Shown here: piece by piece, positions 12,817 to 23,455 of the stretch
Numbering within the stretch: position 1 is the first letter of the stretch
Layout: every line of letters starts with the position of its first letter
Source: Craspedostauros australis
Taxonomy: Eukaryota
DNA length: 64,000 nucleotides
Assembly: GCA_030167865.1 (NCBI GenBank)
Contig: JALAGF010004837.1
Coordinates: forward strand, 1-64,000
Reading direction: 5' to 3'
Notes under the pieces: model-generated
The model's input: only the letters and a program-made list of their open reading frames with translations
Told to the model about the DNA's origin: nothing
Databases searched by the model: none
Made by a program: the position numbers and the translations under genes

Positions 12817-15219
12817 TTAACTTGGGGTGGCCGTTGGGTCCACCTCGATTTCGATGTCCTCGAGGATCATGTCATCCAGAGGCTGTCCTGGTGCGACGAG
12901 AGGCAGGCATGGTGTTCTCTCGATGCGGACGTGGAACAGCACAGGCTCGTCTGGGTCGCTGAAGAGGAATTCGTTCATCTTCTCGGGCAGATCATCCTGG
13001 CTGTCGCAGTACACGCTCTTGATGCCGAAGGCTGATGCGAGCTTGACGTAGTCTGGGTTGTTGGAGTTGCGCACGGCGAGGAGACGGTCGTCGTGGAACA
13101 GACGCTGCCAGTACTCCACCATCATTTGACTTTCGTTGTCAAGGATCATGATTTTGATTGGGATTTTCTGCTCTGCCACGGTCTTGAGCTCTGTGAAGGT
13201 CATGTTGAAGGATCCGTCACCGTCGACGGCGATGCAGATCTTGTTCCCGTTCGCCAGCTTTGCGCCAACCACGTACCCAAGAGCCACGCCCATGGTTCCG
13301 AGGGATCCGCTGGAGAGCATCTGCCTCGGTTGCGTCCACGTGACCAGCTGTGCCGTGACCATCTGGTGGATGCCAACTCCCGTTGTGAAAATGCAATCAT
13401 CCATCCTGTCGGCTGCGAGGAGTTGGTTGTCCATCTCCCGCACGACGCTCTGTGCTGACATTCGCGTCCTTGCGACGGTTCGTTCCTTGCCATCCTCGTC
13501 GATTTTTGTGAGTTGCTCGGTGGGGTAGTGCGGAATCTTAATTGGGAAGTCTTTTTCGAGCTGCTTCTTTCGCTCAAGCCATTCGCCGGTTTGAATCTTG
13601 ATCTCGCCATCCTCAGGGTTGAGCCCGTCGTTCATGGTGTTGAGGAAATTCTTGGCGGTGGAATGCACGAAGAAGGTTGGTTCGATCTGCTTGGAATTTT
13701 CGGACAAACGGACATCGACGTGGATGATACCTCCGATGCCGAACTCTGCTGCCTTCTTGGCGCCTGGCACGAAGCCGTCCATCCTTCCGGTGATTCGGTC
13801 ATCGAATCGGGATCCGACGTTGATGATGAGATCCGCTTCCTGGATCATGAAGTTGGGTGTTGGATGGCCGTGCATGCCAAGCATGTTCAGTGCAAGAGGG
13901 TGTCTCTCATCGAAGCATCCCAGGCCATGCAGGGTGGTTGTGACCGGGATCTGGAGCTTCTCAGCGAACTCCTTGAGCTCCGCTGCGCTGTCGTTGCATC
14001 CCTGTCCCGCCAGGATGATTGGCTTCTTCGCCTTGCGGATGAGCTCGAGCATGTCCTTGGTGATGGTGCGGCTGGTGTCCAGGGGACCCTCCTTGAAAAG
14101 CTCGCGTGGCTCGGCCGTCAGAGCACCAGCTGTGTAGATGATGCGGTCGGTCGGGTGATGATCCTGGTTGTAGGTATCAGCCTTCGACGACAGAGGCTCG
14201 ACGATGTGCTTGCCCTCGTCGTTGGTGACAATGTCGAAGGTGAGACCGAGCTTCTCGTTTCCGAGGCGGAAGACCTTGGTGATGCCTCCGTTGTCTGTGT
14301 CGATCTTCTCGAGGCTGGCCATGCCGACAGCGTCGCTTGGACCGTCTGGCAGGGAGTTCTCCACGTAGTTCTCGATCATGTCAGGCGACAGGATCTGGTT
14401 CTGGAGATCCTTTGGCAGGTCGACGAAGACTGGCCCTGGGCGTCCGTTACGCGCCACGAAGAAGGCGTAGTCCATGACGAATGGGATCTCTGCCGCGGAT
14501 TTGATCTGGTAGCTCCACTTGGTGCAGGGCGTGGTCATGGCGACGGCCGGAGCTGACTGGAAGGCATCCGGAGGAGCGTTGGTGGCCGCCTGTCCGCAGA
14601 GGATGACCATGGGGACCCCGTCGCAGATGGCATCCTGCAGCGGCGTGATGAGGTTGGTGACGCCTGGGCCGGAGGTGGCGACGGCCACGCCAACTGGCAG
14701 GAACTCGCCGTTGATGGGCATGGACTTGGCGTAGCCCTCGGCGATGTGTCCGGCGGAGGCCTCGTTTGAGTTGGTGATCCATCGGATGGGCTCCCTGGCT
14801 CCTGGGAGCTTGTGGCGCGGGTTGTCCTCGTGGAATTGGTCAAGGAGCGGGAGCACGGCGCCGCCGGAGTAGCCGTTGACGACTTCCACGCCATTGTCCA
14901 AGAGCTTGGAGTAGACGATGGCGGCACCCGACTGGCCCTCGTATTGCGTCATGTAATCCTTGGCCGCCGTCCTTGCCTTTCGGGTGGCGCGGAGCGTGGC
15001 CTGCTCCGGCGTGAGGGCCGGGGTGGAGATGATCTCGGTGATGGTGGTGTCCTTCTGGTGCACGCCGCTCTCCAGGCTGGCGCTCGACAGCAAGGTCTCC
15101 TGTCTGCTCGCAATTCCGAAGGCTCCTCTGCTGTTGGCATGGCGTCTGTTTGGTGCCACGAAGGCGGTGGCCGCCGGTGCGGCAATGGCCATAAAGAGGG
15201 CTGCTCTTGCGATCTTCAT
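12817..15219 (-). CDS. ilvB: Acetolactate synthase catalytic (large) subunit, plastid-targeted, 800 aa
   Basis: GYSGGAVL, TSGPGVTN, GRPGPVFVDLPKD, GMHG, RFDDRITG, SSGSLGTMG and TPP-binding GDGSFNM...LDN. N-terminal signal peptide followed by ATA|FVAP. Confidence 0.96.
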   Translation of the reverse strand: MKIARAALFMAIAAPAATAFVAPNRRHANSRGAFGIASRQETLLSSASLESGVHQKDTTITEIISTPALTPEQATLRATRKARTAAKDYMTQYEGQSGAAIVYSKLLDNGVEVVNGYSGGAVLPLLDQFHEDNPRHKLPGAREPIRWITNSNEASAGHIAEGYAKSMPINGEFLPVGVAVATSGPGVTNLITPLQDAICDGVPMVILCGQAATNAPPDAFQSAPAVAMTTPCTKWSYQIKSAAEIPFVMDYAFFVARNGRPGPVFVDLPKDLQNQILSPDMIENYVENSLPDGPSDAVGMASLEKIDTDNGGITKVFRLGNEKLGLTFDIVTNDEGKHIVEPLSSKADTYNQDHHPTDRIIYTAGALTAEPRELFKEGPLDTSRTITKDMLELIRKAKKPIILAGQGCNDSAAELKEFAEKLQIPVTTTLHGLGCFDERHPLALNMLGMHGHPTPNFMIQEADLIINVGSRFDDRITGRMDGFVPGAKKAAEFGIGGIIHVDVRLSENSKQIEPTFFVHSTAKNFLNTMNDGLNPEDGEIKIQTGEWLERKKQLEKDFPIKIPHYPTEQLTKIDEDGKERTVARTRMSAQSVVREMDNQLLAADRMDDCIFTTGVGIHQMVTAQLVTWTQPRQMLSSGSLGTMGVALGYVVGAKLANGNKICIAVDGDGSFNMTFTELKTVAEQKIPIKIMILDNESQMMVEYWQRLFHDDRLLAVRNSNNPDYVKLASAFGIKSVYCDSQDDLPEKMNEFLFSDPDEPVLFHVRIERTPCLPLVAPGQPLDDMILEDIEIEVDPTATPS

Positions 15220-16616
15220 GGTTGGATTGGCTGAGTTGATTGGTTGGATTGATTGATTGGTTTCTTTTCTGTGGTACGATCTACGAGTTGGTTGATGTCA
15301 GAATGTGAACGTCAAGGTCAGAGTCAAAAGTCAAGGAGAAGCGAGATCTGAAGTTCCGAGTTCTTTTGTTGTTCCTTTTGTTGTTCCTTTTGTTCTTGTT
15401 GCTGCCTGGCTGATGCTGCTGCAAAGAAGGCAGAGACAGAGAGTGCGCTTGTGCTGTTGGAGGTGGTGAATGAGGTGACGGAACAGAGCAAAAGCTTGGT
15501 GGTCAGCTTGTGTGTTCGTTGTTGATGATGGTGGCGGTGGTGGTGGTGGCCGCTGCTGTGATCTTTGCAGGATTGAATCGTCCAATCCCAATTTTGTGTT
15601 CCTTTCGCAGACCCACGCGCCTTGTTGTTGTTCCTTCGTTGGTGAGCGGCCTCTCTCTCTCTTTGGTCAGATTCAATTTGATTTTGTCTGTGTTTGGCGC
15701 CTCTCTCAGATTTGATTTTGATTTTGGCCACTCTCCTCCATCGTTGTTGCTCTTCGTGGGATGGTGTGTGGTGTTGTGATTGATGCCGTTGCCGTCTTCT
15801 GCGCGCGATTCTTGATTCTGATTGGCACGCGAACCTGCAGCCGACACAAAAACCCACGACCAGCCATCGGCCAATCCACTCTCTCTGGACGCGCATTGTC
15901 GGCCAGTCGTCGTTGTCGCTGTTCGTTTGGTTGTTTGGTTGGCATGACCGCGACGTATGGCGGCCAGACGGCGTCTGAAACCCGTCCAAAGAAACCACGT
16001 CAGCACGCGTTGCTTCGTCGTGTGACATCGTTCTGCGTGACGCATCCATGTTGAACTTGCCAATCTGCCTTTCGCGAAAGCGAGATAGTACCAACTCCAT
16101 AGTACAAGAAAGGAACTAGCCATTAACAATCAGGATACCATCTCTCAGAATAGTACCAACAGATCCGGCCGAGTCTCCGCCCGCTCTCCTGGACATCTCT
16201 GCGTTGTGTGTTCCATGTTGCGTTTCCCATGTCGGGTGATGTCCCACAACACACAACCTCCAAACACACCACAGAACGTTCACACCTCCTCAACGCCGCT
16301 TGAGCTGGGTGGTTCATTCGACACCATCATCGCCCATTCCTGTCACATTTTGGCAAGTCCTGTGGCGTGTCCATAACAATCGCCTCCTATCCAGTCTCAT
16401 CATCGCAGTGATCACATTTCCAGTCAGATAGCGTCGCAGTCAAACAGATCTTCCTCTTCTCAGAACGAGGACTCCAACAATCGCAGCTCCGAATGGCAGA
16501 GCACCGAGCGACACCGATACTCCCGCACATCAAGTGGCCTTGACAAGCCTCCATCGGGCGCAAGAACAAGAGAGGAAGACGCGCAAGAGAGACACAGGAC
16601 GCGGCACGACGTCATC

Positions 16617-16916
16617 ATGAGAAGGACGGTGCTGAACCTCCTCTCCAAATCCAAAAGGACGATAGTGAGAAGCCCGCGTCGAAGGCGGCGCCCCTCGTCT
16701 GCTGTCGCAACCACCACCGATCCGAAAGCCGGCAGTTCCGGCCTCCAAACATACAGCGAACAGCAACATCAGTTGCAACAGCAGCACCAGCTTCCATTTG
16801 CGCCGAGTGCATCGAATCAGCAGCAGATCGGTTCCAGCCTAGGTTCGTACATGCTCGCAGGTGCAGGCATGGCCGTGGGCTTTTCAATTGTCGGTGCTGT
16901 GTTCGGTGGGTTCTAA
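16617..16916 (+). CDS. Small protein (99 aa) with basic N-terminus and Gly-rich hydrophobic C-terminal helix, resembling the CHCHD2/Mix17 central helix
   Basis: Arg/Ser-rich, acid-free N-terminus (mitochondrial presequence-like); C-terminus SLGSYMLAGAGMAVGFSIVGAVFGGF. It sits in an otherwise empty intergenic interval. Confidence 0.6.
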   Translation: MRRTVLNLLSKSKRTIVRSPRRRRRPSSAVATTTDPKAGSSGLQTYSEQQHQLQQQHQLPFAPSASNQQQIGSSLGSYMLAGAGMAVGFSIVGAVFGGF

Positions 16917-17871
16917 TCAATCACATGGACTGCCCACTCAGATACCACGATCTGGAATGCCCTACTCAAAATACGTGATATGGCAGGAGAGTGGACAACC
17001 AAGGAGGGCGATATTGTCTCGCTCTTTCTCTCTCCAATCATTGGATGATGTCGCGCAATTAGGTCCGTGTTGTATGTACTGGTACGCCGTTGCTGCCGCC
17101 GCATCAAGACTTCTTCATCGACCCGAGCTTGGATTTGGATCAGTGGGTGCACCAAAGGAGACGAACGCGAACCTCCGCACAAATCCGGAAGGCCGAGTTC
17201 GAAGAGCGTCGCAGGACCACAAACGACGATGTTCGTTTCCATAAAACACTACTTTATGGAATCATTTTTGTTATCCATCATCACTGTTTAATTCCATCAC
17301 CACCACCTCCTTCTCTTCCTTGTTTGTTATCGCAAGTATCCATGTTTCATCATTTTTATTTCTTTCGTTTCAACAAAGCACACAACAGGAATTGACTCCG
17401 CCAAGGACGCCGATTCGTTGTGCCTCTTTTTCTCCTTTCTCCCTTCTCCTTTCTGTACCAATGTATCTGTATCTGTATCAATCGCTTTCGGTCTCATCGA
17501 ACAAGCAACCCTCCCTCCTCGTGCCGCTTTGGTCGGTCATTCACTTCGCAGCCCGCGGTCTGAGCATATTGAGAGAGGACCATCGTGGAAGTTCAGTGCG
17601 AGACTATCGTGCCGTACTTCCGGTCCGTGCGCAGTCCATGATGCGCGTAGAGAGCGTTGTGGAGAGCAAGGTTCGGGGTGAATGATACATTCAAACTCCT
17701 CTTCTCAAATCCTGTCTCGAGGGCTGGGGGGCTGAATGGCCAGCTGACTGGTAATGAATGTTGACAGCCAGCCCCCCCCCGTCGGCCTGCGTGAGGTCCA
17801 GCCATGTTTCTCCGCCACTTGCCGCGACCACGATGAACCTGGCCGCAAGCCTGTGAGCATGGGTGTCATTT

Positions 17872-20800
17872 TTAGCGGTTTCCGAAACGCGCCAAAGCTC
17901 GCCCATGCTCATCCTTGTTGCTGAGAAACAGCTCGATGTACCTCGAACCCATGCTCTTGCGGTGGAGGTCCATCGCGCGCTTCGAGTTGTCTGGCGAGTC
18001 GAAGCCAACGTAGGCCTCCCCGGTTGCGCGGCCGTCACTGCGGTAAGTCAGGACGATGCTCTCCAGAACCGGGTTGTAGCCGTCGAAGAAGCGGAAGATG
18101 TCATCCTTGCTTGCGCTGAATGGCAATCCTCGCATTCGCAAAAAGCCCGTGTGCTCGCCAACCTGAATTCCGCCTCCGGTGCGCTTCATGAGCGTGGAAC
18201 CTCCGGATGCTCCAGGCCGTCCGGGGTTGTTACCGGCCTTCAGCATGCCGATGCTGCCTCCGCTTGCGCTGCCCACTGAGCCGCCGCCACTGATGCTTCC
18301 GACGCTGCTGCCGATACCACCGATACCGCTGCCAACTCCGATACTGCCACCGCCGCCGCCGCCGCCGCGTCTCTGAATCATCTCCCCGGCTCCCACGTTC
18401 AGACTTTGCAGCGGCGTGATGGTTCCTGTGCTTCCCCACACAGCGCTGACATCGGACACCTCAAGGAGCTCGTTGTGCTCCACGCCACGACGAAGCCCAT
18501 GCTGACCCACTGGGAGGAGCGGGCGTCTGGACGATTCCTGCCATTGCTGTTGCTTCAGTAAACGGCGGGGTGCGGTGCGATGCGATGCAACGCAATGCAA
18601 CACAGCACAGTTGAGTGCAATGCGATATGGAGCAAATGGAATGTGTTAGCATTGGCGGTTGATGGCTTCGCTGAGCGTGCTCACACAACGCGGATGGAGT
18701 CTCGCCAAACCTCAGCGAGGACTTGCGGAGGAGAGAGAACTACTTCTGTGCACATCAGGCAAGACAACGAAAAAGCAGGCATCGGCCATCGGCCATCTGC
18801 CGACAATTCTCACATCACCAGCGCATTCGTCTTCATGCTTGTGCAAAGACGAAGCGGGGCGTTTGAGCCACTCCATCCGCCATCGATATGATACACGATG
18901 CATGTGCATAGAGTATGCATAGATTGTGCAAACACACATAGCCAAATGCATGTACAGGTGCGGTTCCATGCGAGTGCAAGCAACAGGTTTGCACGTGCTT
19001 GTTTGCTCCATGTGCTTTTGTTTGTGCGACTTACCAATCCAATCGCCTTGTAATACTCTGCTCTGCTGGCTGTGGTGATCTCTACCATGTTCCTGCCGAT
19101 GCCTTGGCGGTCGCTGTGGTAGCGTGATGATTGTTGATGGTTAGATGGTGAGGTAATGAAGTGATGAGAGTCCATTTGTGGAGGGGAAGAGGGAGAGAGA
19201 GAGAAAGAAATATAATAGAACACAAACCAGCACAACGGAAAGGGATGGAAGGGGAAGGCGACGAGTGAGAAAAAGACGATCAGTTACACGGAGTGGGTGT
19301 TTCTGTTCTTGTTGTGACGGAGGAATCCGACCCATCAGGGCTCCGCTGCATCGTTCGAGCGCGCTTGGCCCCCACTTCGCGTCACTCCGCAACTCAGCAA
19401 CAAGATATCTATCACAGCCGACACAAAGCTGCTGCTTTCGTCCGGTCTCGTCTCGTGTCATCTCACCCCATCCCCACAGCATACCACTACTGCGACTACA
19501 ACAAGGTACCATAGGGCAGTGCAGTATCTGGTCATCGCTGTGGTTGCATGGCATGATATGGCACATCATGGCGAGGTGAGACTGCGGCTGATCAGGAAAA
19601 GACTCACCGTTGGAGGCCCATTTGGTAGTCCATCGGGTTTGCGAACAAGACGAAGGCTTCCCCAGGTCCCACGATGAGCACATCGATAACGACAAGGCCT
19701 TGGAAGAGGATTAGGATGTCTTCAACAGTGGCGTCGAATGGGATGTTCCGCAACCGTGCGCAAGGGAAAGGCCCCAGGACGATCTCCAGCGGATCTGTTG
19801 ACACCGATAAGCCCGGGATCCCTGGAGGGAACCCCACCCCGTCGTCGTGAGATGCCATTGGATGCGGGTACCTTGTGTTTTTGACGTTGTTGTTGTCGTC
19901 GTCGTCGTCGTCGTTGTTGTTGTTGGCAACAAGGCGCGGCGAGGGAAGTTGCGGCGCAGCACAACACAGCACAGCACGGCGATGTAAGGCACGACGCGGT
20001 GCAGCCGAGGGATATGATGTGTTACACAGCGTGTGCACGTGTGTCCGTGTGCGTGCGTGTGCGAATGTGCGGGTCGCAGTGGGATCACGATGCGATGGTG
20101 GAGCCAAAAGCAGAGAGAGAGAGGAAGCAGAGGAGAGGTGTTGGGGGAGTCACCACGTTAGAGGACGAGAAGGGCTGTGGGGGAGAAAAGGGATGTGGAT
20201 GACCCGCAATGGATACGGCGTATGTGGCGGAATAGCAGAGTGCCCGCGCAGCGCATGGATCCGCCGCCGCTGTTATCTGTCCTCGTCCCTTCACGGTGTG
20301 TTCTCAGCTTGTCTTCAGCTTGCTCTGTGCACCACACAGAGCCGCAGGAACACAGGAGCAGACAAAGGCACAGACGCCAACCACCCACGAACGCGAGGGG
20401 GCAGAGAGGCAGAACAGAGCGAGAAAGGGCGTAGCAGCGCGGAGTAGTATCTCGTACTCGCACTCGCACGGGTGACACACAGCACTGATTAGGTACCGAC
20501 CGCCAGGCCGCCAACCACCGCAATTAACACGTCAAAAGGCCCTCTCTTGTGCTCAACGAAGGAAGGGGTGGCAGAAAGGCCAAAGGGAGCACACCACAAG
20601 GCACAAGCGAGACACAAACCACACACAGAGAATCCGTCTGTACGTCAAAAAGACTGCTGCTCCGTACTCGTGCTCTCTCTGCGTGGATTTGCGGCATTTG
20701 CCAAGTCGTGTATGTGACACGCAGGAAGGAAGAAGGGATGGCAGGATCGGCTGATGGGTGGCGGACACCGTGACCGTGACAGCGATAGACCGCGATGACA

Positions 20801-21485
20801 TCAACACCCGGCGCCCTGATCCTTTCGTTCAACGCCAATACCGGCGCCAGGGGGCACCAGCGCGGCCGGCCACTCCTCTCTCTCTTCGTGCGCATCGCTT
20901 CGTGTCTTTCTTCTCTTCCTTCCATTCTTCCCGAACCCTTCTCCATTTCATGCTTGCGCAAGTCTGGTGGCGTGAAGAGGTGGGCGCGAATGTCACTCTG
21001 GCCCGTCCGTCACGCTGACAGCGGTGCCTGCCTGGCCACACAAACCACCCCCAATTATGCCTGTCTTCGCCTTCCTGGCGCCTTCAGCCAATCAAATCAA
21101 CGGATAACGCGCAAGTCTGGCCGACGTTCGGTGTGATGGAGCAAGGCGATTATTTTTCTATCACGGCAAACGACATGACCTTTTTCGCGATTGTGACTTA
21201 CATGTGCATGTGTTGGTGGTGGAATTGTTGTTGTTGGAAGATCATCTGCTGTTGATGGTGTTGCTGCCAATTGAGATCAACGGGGAAACCGTACACGGTG
21301 GGCATCTGCATGTGCATCTGGTGCTGGTGTTGCGCCAGTCCGTAGTGCTGCGGCTGCATCTCATGATGATGGGGATACTGGTGGTGTTGAATTTCCTGTT
21401 CCCCTTCCTCCTCCTGCTGCTGCTGATGATGCTGATGCTCTTCCGGCTCCGGTTGTTGATGCTTACTCTTGCTCGTACGCCCCAT
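17872..21485 (-). CDS. hnRNP F/H / ESRP-type quasi-RRM RNA-binding protein; exons 21485-21202, 19871-19608, 19113-19035, 18552-17872
   Basis: RRM1 CARLRNIPFDATVEDI...GEAFVLF...QRDRQGIGRNMVEI; RRM2 FLRMRGLPFSASKDDI...GRATGEAYVGF...MGSRYIELF. All three GT-AG junctions keep the frame. The Q/H-rich first exon is the least certain; ATG 19858 is an alternative start. Confidence 0.82.
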
Positions 21486-21992
21486 CGTCGCCTCGTTCAG
21501 CTTTTGCTTCTGTTGTTGTTTGTTGTCTCTCCGTGCGCTGTCTGTCTTGCTCTCTCGTTCTTTCGCTGTCGGCGTTGGTTGTGTTTCCTCTGTCGGTGAA
21601 TGATGTGTGTGTTTCCTCTCCCTGTGTCACGCAGGCACGGTTTTGAGGACGGCAGGTGAAGAGCAAGACAAGCAAGCGATATCCAAATCTTGCGCAACAC
21701 GCGCACCTCGTGTCGTCATTCTGATTCTGTACTACCAATTCTCTGTGCAATTCTACGTGGGACACCAGCAATGCCCGTCTGTGCGGCTGGTGGTGTCCCA
21801 ACATCTTCCGAAGTTGTGTCACAACACGAACGTCTCTAGCTGCTTGCAAATTTTCAGTTCTTCCAATAACTCCTCAAAAAGAAGGTAATTGTACACAAAC
21901 ACGACCGTTCATTCAAGTACGGGATAGTTTCTTCATATGAACTGCCAAACCTGATTTATCTCATTTACGATACTCTATCATCTCCCGAAACT

Positions 21993-22012
21993 AGAGAGAG
22001 AGAGAGAGAGAG
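21993..22012. repeat. (AG)10 microsatellite
   Basis: Read directly from the sequence. Confidence 0.9.
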
Positions 22013-22366
22013 ACTTCGCCCCACTTGCACAGCGTCCTGGTTTACCTCGACCCGCGCTGCCTTTTGTATGTAGCAATACATTAACATAATATTACATTCT
22101 ATTCTATTATAGAATATTATACAAAGATACGGATATACATGCTACTCTATTATTGCTACGGATTCTTCAGTTCTTTGTTTGTTTGTTTGCTTGTTTGTTT
22201 TGGTGGTTGGTTGGTTGGTCGATGAATGAATTGATTGACTGAGTTGTTGCTTCTGTGTTTGTTTGTTTGTTGAATGGTTTGAGTGATTGTTTTGATTGCG
22301 TTTGATGAAGACACTGAGTGTGGTACTAATGCGAGCGAGCACCTGTGGATAGACACCTGCCGGAGG

Positions 22367-23455
22367 CTATGAGATTGCAACAGGTTTCCATTTCCCAGTC
22401 ACCTTCTTCATTCGCCGCATCTGCTTTCTTCGCTTCTTGTTGCTGAGCCTACTTTTCTTTGACCCTGTCTTTTGGGGCTGTTGCCCGTCCGCTGTTGGTG
22501 CTGGTAGCGAGAGCTTGGTGGGATGCAGCAACAGAAGAACTGTTTGGCTGTCCGTTCCTGCCGGTGAGGGTGTGGCGATCACCTCTTCGACTTGCTCGGG
22601 TGCCTGTTCTTCATCGTCGACCTCCGCTGGGGTGGTGTTCGTGGGAGTTTCTGTTTGTGATGATGCTGTGGCCCCTTTGTTGTTGCTGTTGTTGTTGTCC
22701 TCACAATGCACAGAATCTTCATGTTGACGCACCTCTCCCTCAGGTGTTGCCGCGCTGCCTGGTAGTTTATCGGTCTTGAATTGCGCAACCGCCGAAGCAT
22801 CGGGCTTGCATTCGGTTTGATTGTTGGCATCCTCGACGTCGTCGTCATCACCGCGGGTGGTGCTGTCGTGGTCTGCACCCTTCCTGAAATCGCATTCGTC
22901 AGAGTCATTGAGGGCACTGCCAGCCTCGAGGATCTCGGCACTGTCGACATCATCCGCTGCACCATTGCAGTCATCATCTTTTTCGTCGTCATTGCAGATG
23001 ATGCTGCTGGTGTTCGCCACCATCGTGGCTGCCTCGTGAGCCTCATCCAAGTCTTTCAGGAGACAGGATGGCACGGTCAGGACGGAGTTGCCGTCCGAAA
23101 TCTCAATGGCGGTAGACGCCACCGATGCCAAGTCGTCATCGTTCGCCCTGCCTGTCTGCAGGACAGTCTGGTCGTCGGACATGGCAAGAGCGTGGTACTC
23201 ATGCGGTTGCTCTCGTTCTTCGATGGGCGGGTCGAATGGTGCCGGACCCATTTCGCTCTCGCACGGAGGCTTGACATCGAAGATGTCATCGCAGTAGTCG
23301 TACGATACATCGTCGTCGTCGTCATCATCATCATCATCATCGTGCTCGATCAAATTAGGTGTTACGCATTGCACGAAGACGAAATCATTGTCCTCGGAAT
23401 CGCATCCGGTGCTGATGAAGAAAGATTCGTCAAGAGCGACGGATTTCATCATCAT
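22367..23455 (-). CDS. Hypothetical acidic, largely disordered protein (about 362 aa) with basic NLS-like C-terminus
   Basis: Long ORF with gene-like composition starting MMMKSVALDESFF, a poly-Asp tract, and ending KKSRLSNKKRRKQMRRMKK. No domain recognised; start codon uncertain. Confidence 0.7.
   Translation of the reverse strand: MMMKSVALDESFFISTGCDSEDNDFVFVQCVTPNLIEHDDDDDDDDDDDVSYDYCDDIFDVKPPCESEMGPAPFDPPIEEREQPHEYHALAMSDDQTVLQTGRANDDDLASVASTAIEISDGNSVLTVPSCLLKDLDEAHEAATMVANTSSIICNDDEKDDDCNGAADDVDSAEILEAGSALNDSDECDFRKGADHDSTTRGDDDDVEDANNQTECKPDASAVAQFKTDKLPGSAATPEGEVRQHEDSVHCEDNNNSNNKGATASSQTETPTNTTPAEVDDEEQAPEQVEEVIATPSPAGTDSQTVLLLLHPTKLSLPAPTADGQQPQKTGSKKSRLSNKKRRKQMRRMKKVTGKWKPVAIS

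Noticed and set aside
13513-14556. Long antisense or overlapping ORFs (e.g. 347 aa opposite ALS; similar ones over CLU1, POLD1, ELP1 and MPP-alpha)
   Set aside because: Expected shadows of GC-rich codon usage; no recognisable domains.
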